A model generated the notes under the pieces. That model made no database searches, was not told where the DNA came from, and was given only the letters and a program-made list of their open reading frames with translations. 64,000 nucleotides of DNA from Lentisphaerota bacterium. Lineage in GTDB: Bacteria; Verrucomicrobiota; Lentisphaeria; Victivallales; Victivallaceae. The stretch lies in the NCBI GenBank assembly GCA_015061625.1, contig SUWG01000008.1, forward strand, positions 11,298-75,297. Reading direction: 5' to 3'. The position numbers were made by a program, and so were the translations under genes. Shown here piece by piece: positions 1 through 7,085 of this stretch. Within the stretch, counting starts at the first letter, position 1, and every line of letters begins with the position of its first letter.

Positions 1-838
1 CCTCTCTGACGGTGTAGAGCAGAAACTTTGTATCATTACAGTAAAAGAGATTGGCGGCTTGCCCCCGGATGCCGGAATCCAATGGTTCGCTCCAACTGCG
101 CCCCTGATCATCGGAGTAGACCAGATGATTGGGCAGATGGATCTTGTTTACCAGATCGTATGACCACATGACCAGCCAGATGCGTCCGGATTTTTCCTGC
201 ATGGAGCGCACTTCCCACGGAGCGATGGAGTCGGAAGCGAAAAATCTGCCCCGTTCCTCCCAGGTTTTGCCGCGGTCACCGGAGGCCAGGCAGATACCCT
301 GCTGGGCGTGGCCCTGCAGGACGAATGGCGGCCCGAATACCAGTACTTCTTTGGCTGTTTCGCACCAGAGGGCAGGCCCGGAAAGTTCCAATGCGGTATC
401 GAAATTATGGGGGATAAAGGTGGGTAAACTCCAGGTTTTGCCGCCGTCGTCACTGAAACTCAAGGTGTTGCGTGACTCCGGGAAGCGGCCGTGTCTGATG
501 GCATAATCGGCCAGACCGGATTCCGGTTCATCCCGGATGAAACCGAAACCTACAGAGATAAGACGGCCTTCATCCATGAGTGCCGGTTTGCAGTTTTCAG
601 TGAAGCGGTGCGGGAATCCCAGTGATTTCTGATCGTACATGATCCCGCCATCATGCCAGTTTTTTCCGTCATCGTCAGAAAAAGCGATCCGCATTTCGTG
701 GTTTACCGAATCACAATTTTCTCCGTCATCATACAGAATGACGATTTTGCCATCCGGCAATTTTGCCGCACCGGGGAAGCGTGAACATGATCCCGTTTTT
801 CCGGTGAATGAGGCATAAGATAATTCCGTGAATTTCAT
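1..838 (-). CDS. BNR/Asp-box repeat sialidase-like glycoside hydrolase, N-terminal ~279 codons (gene runs off the left edge)
   Basis: My own minus-strand translation from ATG 838..836 (MKFTELSYASFTGKTG...) stays open to nt 1. Four Asp-box motifs: SDDDGKNW, SDDGGKTW, SGDRGKTW, SDDQGRSW. It is absent from the ORF track only because no stop lies inside the window. Confidence 0.75.
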   Translation of the reverse strand, partial: MKFTELSYASFTGKTGSCSRFPGAAKLPDGKIVILYDDGENCDSVNHEMRIAFSDDDGKNWHDGGIMYDQKSLGFPHRFTENCKPALMDEGRLISVGFGFIRDEPESGLADYAIRHGRFPESRNTLSFSDDGGKTWSLPTFIPHNFDTALELSGPALWCETAKEVLVFGPPFVLQGHAQQGICLASGDRGKTWEERGRFFASDSIAPWEVRSMQEKSGRIWLVMWSYDLVNKIHLPNHLVYSDDQGRSWSEPLDSGIRGQAANLFYCNDTKFLLYTVRE

Positions 839-1028
839 AAAGAGTACCATGTTTTTATGTTAACTATGTTGAACATATTTTAATATAATCCATCCGGTTT
901 TGATTGCAAATTTTTTATGCGGAAAAATGAAAAAATTTTTGCCGCTTGATTTTTCTGCCTGATGGTTTATGTTGTAAGTAGATGCCGGAGCAGTTTTTCC
1001 GGCGGCAAAAAGAGGAGGAGAAAAAAGT

Positions 1029-1595
1029 ATGAGAAGTTTCACCACACTGCATTTGCAGTACGCCCACCGGTTCTACAATTTCAAGGGCGAAGCGCAGTAT
1101 CTGCATGGTCACACCGGTATTCTGACCATCGAAGTTGAAGATTCTGTAAATTGCGGGGTGAATATGGTTTTCCCCTGCAATGAGATCAAAAAGACAGCAT
1201 GGAACGTATTGCAGAATTTCGATCATGCTCTGATTCTGCGTGAAGATGATCCGCTGCTTCCGGCAATTTGTCAGGTTTATGAAAAACAGGGCATCCGTAA
1301 CGGGGCGGCAACGAATACCATGACCGGTCCCGCATTCAAAAATGAGTGGGCGACCGCCTATCCGGAGTGCCGTCTGGTGGTCACCAAAGAAACGATGACC
1401 GTGGAAGGCATGATCAAAATCGTCTATTCTCTGCTCAAAGACAAGTTGAATATCGCCAAACTCACCTTTTTGAGCGGGGATAATGCGGCAAGTGAGGAGT
1501 TCCCCGTTTCCTGCGGCATTTTTGACCGTTGCCCGTGCTGCGGCATCACGCTGGATGCAAACGGGGTCTGTCCGAAGTGCGGCTGTCGCAAATAA
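1029..1595 (+). CDS. 6-pyruvoyl-tetrahydropterin synthase / QueD-family T-fold protein with C-terminal CxxC...CxxC zinc ribbon
   Basis: 'LQYAHRFYNFKGEAQYLHGHTG' matches the PTPS/QueD His triad (H...HGH), and 'NFDHALIL' matches the D-H pair. The C-terminus is 'CPCCGITLDANGVCPKCGC'. GGAGGAG lies upstream of the ATG. Confidence 0.6.
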   Translation: MRSFTTLHLQYAHRFYNFKGEAQYLHGHTGILTIEVEDSVNCGVNMVFPCNEIKKTAWNVLQNFDHALILREDDPLLPAICQVYEKQGIRNGAATNTMTGPAFKNEWATAYPECRLVVTKETMTVEGMIKIVYSLLKDKLNIAKLTFLSGDNAASEEFPVSCGIFDRCPCCGITLDANGVCPKCGCRK

Positions 1596-1620
1596 AAGCC
1601 GGAAAATAAATTTATCTACC

Positions 1621-1662
1621 GCCTCTTTTCGCTTGTAAAACGGTGAAAAGAGGCTATTTTAT
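1621..1662 (+). terminator. Rho-independent terminator after the QueD-like gene
   Basis: 10-bp stem GCCTCTTTTC (1621-1630) / GAAAAGAGGC (1645-1654) followed by TATTTTAT. Confidence 0.6.
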
Positions 1663-1705
1663 AATCGAATCAAGCATTACCGTTGTATAAAGGGGGAATT
1701 TTTTT

Positions 1706-2704
1706 ATGTTGGAAAATGTTGTTCTCAAGCCGATTACCGGAAGTTTCGTCAATATGCTCATTTCTGATACCGGTATCGTCAATGCCGGTTTGAAAGAGTG
1801 GGAACAGGACTTCAAAATGATGAAATATATGGGGATGGATCAACTTTTCATCATCCGTACCGAAGTTGAACAAAATGGAGTACGCCTTTCTGCCGAAGAT
1901 CCGCGGTCTACCACCTGGAAAGAGGATAAGTCTCTGCTGGATATGGTGTTCCGCCTCGGCGACAAATATGACATGACCGTCTATCTGGGCGGCCCGGTGA
2001 ATATCACCAATCTGCACACCGGCGACTGGCTCAAAGAGGTTGATGATACCAAACGTTATTATGACCGCACGGTGGCGAAGTACGCACATCATAAATGTTT
2101 CAAAGGTTTGTATGTGTCGCTTGAGGCGTTGCCGTGGCACTTCAACTTTCTGGATATCTGCATTGAAGTTCTGCAATATATGCGCAAAAATTATCCGCAG
2201 ATGAAAACCTTTATGAGTCCGAGTTTCGGCGGACCGCTGGGGGATATGGCAAGTTCATACTCTCCGGATAAATGGGTGGAAATTTACGGTAAATACTTCT
2301 TTGAAAAAGTTGCCGGTCTGCTCGATTACTGTGCGCCGCAGGATAAGATCGCCGCTCCGGCGTGCCATTACGGGGAAATTCTGGATAACGGTCTGGCCGA
2401 GTGGTACATCAAAACCGGTGAACTTTTTGATAAATGCGGTGTGGAGTTGTGGAGCAATATCGAAACTTTCCAGCGGCCTTTCCCCGGTCACGGCGAACCC
2501 AAAGGGGTTTACCGTCAGGGGGATTACCGTTCACTGTATATGAAACTTGCCGAGGCTTCGCCGCTGGTCAAACGGATCATCACCTACGAATTTTTCAGTT
2601 GCATGAGTCCCAATACGGAATGGGGTTCGGCGCGGCGTCTGCTGGCGCGTTATCTGGAAATGATCGGTAAAGATCCGGCGGTTATTGACGAAATCTACGG
2701 TTGA
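1706..2704 (+). CDS. DUF4434-like TIM-barrel glycoside-hydrolase-like protein
   Basis: 332-aa ORF with AAGGGGGA upstream. The N-terminal pattern 'ITGSFVNML...EWEQDFKMMKYMGMDQLFII' resembles DUF4434 as I recall it. Family call is tentative. Confidence 0.5.
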   Translation: MLENVVLKPITGSFVNMLISDTGIVNAGLKEWEQDFKMMKYMGMDQLFIIRTEVEQNGVRLSAEDPRSTTWKEDKSLLDMVFRLGDKYDMTVYLGGPVNITNLHTGDWLKEVDDTKRYYDRTVAKYAHHKCFKGLYVSLEALPWHFNFLDICIEVLQYMRKNYPQMKTFMSPSFGGPLGDMASSYSPDKWVEIYGKYFFEKVAGLLDYCAPQDKIAAPACHYGEILDNGLAEWYIKTGELFDKCGVELWSNIETFQRPFPGHGEPKGVYRQGDYRSLYMKLAEASPLVKRIITYEFFSCMSPNTEWGSARRLLARYLEMIGKDPAVIDEIYG

Positions 2705-2726
2705 TCTGATAATCAGTGGGGATAAA

Positions 2727-3674
2727 ATGAAAGATTTTTCAAGATGGGGAGTTCCTGTCGCTCAAGCAGTACCTCCGCCGCAGATGCCGTCCGGGTACCC
2801 GCCTGCACCGGGATTGGTAGTTCCGTCTGTGTATCCGGGGATTCCGGTTGCCCAAAGTTTACCGCAAGGGCCCCGTCCGCCGGTACAAAAGGGATTATTC
2901 AAAGGGCGTTTATCCCGTCGCAGTTACTGGATATATGTGCTGGCAACGATGCTTATCCGCAGTTTGGTCGGAATCGCTTTTTGCTGTAATGTCAATGCGT
3001 TGCAGTTTTTGATGCTTTTGGAATTGTTTCTGTTTCTGCCGGATATGGTTGCCGGAGTCAAACGCAGTCACGATACCGGCAAAAGCGGTCTGCTGGTACT
3101 GTTGCTGGCGATGCCCCGGATTTTGACGGCGGTAATTGCGTTATCTTATTTGTGTATAGTTGACTGGTTCATCCCGTTCAATATTATGCTGATATCCGGC
3201 TTGGCTCTGGATGCGTGCATGATCGTATTCTATTTCTTCATGACCCGTCCGACTGCACCGGATAATCAGTATGGTCCGGCGGAGCTGCCGGAAAAATCGG
3301 AAACGTGGATCATTATGGGCCTCGGCATTGCCGGTATAATCTGGCAGCGTCTGGTGCTGATATTTGTCCGGGCGATCATGATTTTGCTGTTGGCACTGAT
3401 GATGGTGACGGACTTCAGTTGTTCGTTTATTGATGATGACGATGATCTGGAAAAAACTGCTGCGGTAAATATTGACGGTACGCTTGATCCTGATGGCGAT
3501 TACCATTTTTCCACCCGTATTTTGAGTGCCAACTACCGTTGTGCGCCGTTGGGCAGTACCGGAATTCTGGTTTGGGTCATTGATTTGGTGGAAGATGCCG
3601 ATGAGGTCGCCGGAAAGGTCAAAGATGATATCCGGGGCGAAATCGGCAGTTACACCCGTGAATTTGAACGCTGA
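2727..3674 (+). CDS. DUF805-family inner-membrane protein with Pro-rich N-terminus
   Basis: 'GRLSRRSYWIYVL...VKRSHDTGKSGLLVLLL' is the DUF805 signature. The track start 2685 is a TTG inside the previous gene, and the first ATG is 2727. Confidence 0.65.
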   Translation: MKDFSRWGVPVAQAVPPPQMPSGYPPAPGLVVPSVYPGIPVAQSLPQGPRPPVQKGLFKGRLSRRSYWIYVLATMLIRSLVGIAFCCNVNALQFLMLLELFLFLPDMVAGVKRSHDTGKSGLLVLLLAMPRILTAVIALSYLCIVDWFIPFNIMLISGLALDACMIVFYFFMTRPTAPDNQYGPAELPEKSETWIIMGLGIAGIIWQRLVLIFVRAIMILLLALMMVTDFSCSFIDDDDDLEKTAAVNIDGTLDPDGDYHFSTRILSANYRCAPLGSTGILVWVIDLVEDADEVAGKVKDDIRGEIGSYTREFER

Positions 3675-3686
3675 TTTCCTGTAAAA

Positions 3687-4274
3687 TTACCGCAACCGGA
3701 TTTTGCCGTTGCTTATTTCCCGCAGGAAATCCGCCAGTTGCGGCGTGTCAGCAACTTTGATTCTGCCGGTGATGGTCACGTCACCGGCAAATTTTTCCTC
3801 TGAAACAGTGAAATCCAGCGTGGCAAGGAATGCTTTTACTTGAGCATAAAGCGGATAGGCGATAGTGAAACATATTTCATTCTGCGGCACAAGTTCGGTA
3901 AATTCTGCATCCTCCACCGCCGCTTTAGCGGCATCGGAATAGGCGTGGACCAATCCACCCGTGCCGAGTTTGGTGCCGCCGAACCAGCGGGCAACTGTAA
4001 TCATCGCATTGGTTGCACCACTGCCCAGCAGTACCGCCAGCACCGGTTTCCCGGCGGTGCCGGAAGGTTCCCCGTCATCGGAACAACCGGAAATATTCTG
4101 ATTGTTGCCGACGGTGAATGCGTAGACGATATGACCGCCATTGTCGTAATTTTCTTTGCGGTATTTCCAGGCGGCTTTGGCTTCATCCGGAGAGTGTACC
4201 GTAAATATTTCCGCTAAAAAACGGGAGTTTTTTACTTTGGTTTCCGCCTGTCCGGGAGTTTTCAGTATCAGCAT
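3687..4274 (-). CDS. yigZ: YigZ / IMPACT-family (UPF0029) protein
   Basis: 'VKNSRFLAEIF...YAF...SDDGEPSGTAGKPVL...VARWFGGTKLGTGGLVHAY' is the classical YigZ motif set. Start moved to ATG 4274 (MLILKTPG), which overlaps the upstream stop by 7 nt. Confidence 0.75.
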   Translation of the reverse strand: MLILKTPGQAETKVKNSRFLAEIFTVHSPDEAKAAWKYRKENYDNGGHIVYAFTVGNNQNISGCSDDGEPSGTAGKPVLAVLLGSGATNAMITVARWFGGTKLGTGGLVHAYSDAAKAAVEDAEFTELVPQNEICFTIAYPLYAQVKAFLATLDFTVSEEKFAGDVTITGRIKVADTPQLADFLREISNGKIRLR

Positions 4275-6262
4275 AAGGAAACTTTCCGGCGGCGGATGAA
4301 TATTACTGCACCGCAAATCGCAGCCGCCACGGCGGATATGGCAAGGAAAATCCATATCCCGACGGAACTTTTACTTCCATCCTGCGGTGCGGTGAAACGG
4401 GTCAAATCATTCTGCACCGTGATCAGATCGGCATTGTATTCAGCGTAAAACGGATCAACATCCGGCAGTTCCCGGTCATCGGCATCGGTGATGGTCTGGG
4501 CGGCAAAACTGGCGGCATTCAGCGGGATGAGCGATTTGTACTTGTGTCCGGCGAAGAAGACCTGATCCCAGTTGGCGATGATCGCATAACGCCGTTGCGG
4601 AGCATCGGGCGCAAGCAGATCCATGCCGCAACTGTAATCGGTCGCCGGATTTTCCACTCCGAAAAGTTTCGCCAGCATCGGCACGATATCCAGGTGACTG
4701 CTCAATCCGGTATAAACTTGCGGCGTGATCCCCGGATAGTAGATGATCAGCGGCGTGCGGGTCTGTTCGTTATTGAATGCCGAACTGTGGCCCAGATAGC
4801 CTTTTTCATAATACTCTTCACCGTGATCTCCGGCGATGACCACGATCGTATCGTCGAGCAATTCCCGGCTTTCCAGCAGTTGGAAAACCTGTGCCAGACA
4901 CATATCCAGATGCCGGGCGCAATTCGCCGCCCGGCGGAAGATCGCCGGAGCATCCGCCGCGGTCGTCTGAACCGCATTGAATGGGTCGATATAATCACTG
5001 AATACCACTGATTCCGGCGGGAAACTGTAAGGGTGGTGGGTGGATTCAAAAAACATGAAACTGAAAAACGGATTCCCGGAATCCGCCCCGTCGGCGATCG
5101 ATTGCAGCAGCAGCCGTAAATTGCGCCGGTCGCGCTGGTAACTCAAGTCTTCGGCATCACTGTGCAAATACTCCTGCGGAATGTTGAAAAATATGGTCTG
5201 ATCAAATTCCGGATAGGAAAATTTGCTGGAAGTTATACAGCGAATCTGATAGCCGTCTTCCAACAGCCAGTCGATGAAAAGCGGGCCGCGGCGGGCATTC
5301 AGAAAGGCGTGCCAATAATTGCCGGGCAGGGCGTAAAACATGGAAAACATCCCCTGTCTGGTCACGTTGCCGCCGGAGTAATGGTTGGCAAAATAGACCC
5401 CTTTTTGAGCAAATTCCGCTGTGGCTGGCATGATTTCCGGCGTAAAAAGTCTGGCGGCAAAGGATTCACAGGCGATCCACACCACGTTGAATTTTTTGCG
5501 GTCACTGTTCCGGGTGACCGGATTTTGCGGATAGTTGGAAAGATGCACATTTTCCCCCAGCGATATCCGCACGGCATCTCTTTCCGGCTGCGGTATACCG
5601 ATGGCTTTGAACATACTTTTGCAAGTGCCTTTGATGTAAAGGGCTATGGCATCAGAGGCCAGCAGCGGTTGCGGATTCATCGTGTAGTGTGCATAGGCGT
5701 AAGTGAAAAACTGAATGGCGAAAAGCAGACCGAAACACGGCACGATCACCGCCGGAAACTTCCATGAACGTATTTTCAGGAAACTGGCCGCTTCAAAGTG
5801 CATGAATATCCAAATCACTGCTCCGTGCAAGAGGAACAACAACGTCAGACCGAGGGCAAGCAAAGTGATCTCATTGGGGCGCATTCCCATACCTTCAAAG
5901 CCGCCGGGGGTGGTGAAAATATTGATGACGTGCGGATTGATGTGATAGCCGTAACGGAAATACAATCCGGCATCCAGCAGCAGCAGGCAATGCAGAACAA
6001 AACCGGTTATCCACAACACGCTTCCGGTGATGATCGAGGCACTTTTGTATGAGAGTTTTTTCGTGGCCAGGATCGCCGCACTGCCCAGAGCCGCCGGAAT
6101 GAGGGTCAGCAAAAAGGGGTAAAAGAGGATCGCCGGGATCACGATAAGTGCCGTAGATACGCTCCATTGGGTTATCCGCAAGGTGTAGAGCAGATAGGTT
6201 GCGGTCATGGCGGCGTAGAATATTACCATCAGCGATGAGATGGCGTTGAAAAGTTTTTTCAT
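4268..6262 (-). CDS. Polytopic membrane-anchored sulfatase-fold (alkaline-phosphatase superfamily) protein, YejM/PbgA- or LtaS-like
   Basis: Five N-terminal hydrophobic helices, then 'VVWIACESFAARLF', 'NHYSGGNVTRQGMFSMFY' and 'IAGDHGEEYYEKGYLGHSS'. There is an extra C-terminal TM helix. The first ATG is 6262; track start 6307 is TTG. Confidence 0.7.
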   Translation of the reverse strand: MKKLFNAISSLMVIFYAAMTATYLLYTLRITQWSVSTALIVIPAILFYPFLLTLIPAALGSAAILATKKLSYKSASIITGSVLWITGFVLHCLLLLDAGLYFRYGYHINPHVINIFTTPGGFEGMGMRPNEITLLALGLTLLFLLHGAVIWIFMHFEAASFLKIRSWKFPAVIVPCFGLLFAIQFFTYAYAHYTMNPQPLLASDAIALYIKGTCKSMFKAIGIPQPERDAVRISLGENVHLSNYPQNPVTRNSDRKKFNVVWIACESFAARLFTPEIMPATAEFAQKGVYFANHYSGGNVTRQGMFSMFYALPGNYWHAFLNARRGPLFIDWLLEDGYQIRCITSSKFSYPEFDQTIFFNIPQEYLHSDAEDLSYQRDRRNLRLLLQSIADGADSGNPFFSFMFFESTHHPYSFPPESVVFSDYIDPFNAVQTTAADAPAIFRRAANCARHLDMCLAQVFQLLESRELLDDTIVVIAGDHGEEYYEKGYLGHSSAFNNEQTRTPLIIYYPGITPQVYTGLSSHLDIVPMLAKLFGVENPATDYSCGMDLLAPDAPQRRYAIIANWDQVFFAGHKYKSLIPLNAASFAAQTITDADDRELPDVDPFYAEYNADLITVQNDLTRFTAPQDGSKSSVGIWIFLAISAVAAAICGAVIFIRRRKVSLC

Positions 6263-6375
6263 CAGGTGGGCTTTCTGTTGTGTAAGCGGTTGACAAGACA
6301 GTGCCAAATATAATTCAATGGGGGCAGGTTTTCAAGTGGCATTGCGGCAAAGAGCCGGTTTTTTTGTAAAAAACC

Positions 6376-6404
6376 TTGACTATTTGGGAAAACGGATTTA
6401 TCTT
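6376..6404 (+). promoter_or_regulatory. Possible sigma70-type promoter for the 6474-13294 gene string
   Basis: TTGACT (6376-6381), 17-nt spacer, TATCTT (6399-6404). This is a consensus match only. Confidence 0.3.
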
Positions 6405-6473
6405 ATATAGATGAGTTATATACCGTATATTGTTTATTATGTTGCAAAATCGTAATCAACGGAGGATTTTTTT

Positions 6474-7085
6474 ATGACCCGCAGTAAAAAGTGGCTGACA
6501 ATTTCACTTGTCGCAACAGTTGTTATCGGCATCGTTTTAGTCGTTTCGGTGCTTTATCTTTTCAACACCAATGCGGAATTCAAATCATTGTTTTCCGGTT
6601 CGGAAGCCACTGGAGGAACTTTGGGCGGCAGTGGTACCGGCGGCGAGGAGGCGTTGCAGGAACGCATCGAATTTACCGGCAAAGTTTCCATGTGGATCTT
6701 TATTTTCATCACCCTGCTCCAGTTGGTCGCTCTCTGGGTCGGTTATGCGGTGATTTCCTCCATCCGTTACAGCAAAGACCCGGTGAAACTCAAGTTGCGC
6801 AGTATGGATAATGCGGAAGTTTTCTTCGATGTGCCGCTTTATTTCGGTCTTTTCGGTACGGTGTCGGCGTTTCTGGTGATGACCTTTTCGCCCCAGAGCA
6901 GCCGTTTGATCGCTTACAGTTCGACTTTGATCGGTATCATTTTCAGTCTGTTCCTCCGGTTGACACTGCAATATCCTTTGCGTAAAAAATTAGTGCGCAT
7001 GGATGCGCTCGGCATCGAGGAAGAAGTTGACGATGATGACGATGATGATGATGATGGGGAAAAAGACGGCGGGGATGATAAATGA
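6474..7085 (+). CDS. MotA/TolQ/ExbB-type proton-channel family protein with poly-Asp C-terminal tail
   Basis: Four hydrophobic helices. 'DVPLYFGLFGTVSAFLVM' contains the G-L-F-G-T-V core of ExbB/TolQ (nt 6846-6863). Tail is 'EEEVDDDDDDDDDGEKDGGDDK'. GGAGGA lies 7 nt upstream of the ATG. Confidence 0.6.
   Translation: MTRSKKWLTISLVATVVIGIVLVVSVLYLFNTNAEFKSLFSGSEATGGTLGGSGTGGEEALQERIEFTGKVSMWIFIFITLLQLVALWVGYAVISSIRYSKDPVKLKLRSMDNAEVFFDVPLYFGLFGTVSAFLVMTFSPQSSRLIAYSSTLIGIIFSLFLRLTLQYPLRKKLVRMDALGIEEEVDDDDDDDDDGEKDGGDDK

Noticed and set aside
129-506. 125-aa and 101-aa ORFs at the left edge
   Set aside because: They are out of frame within the BNR/Asp-box gene, which reads through the whole region on the minus strand with four Asp-box motifs.
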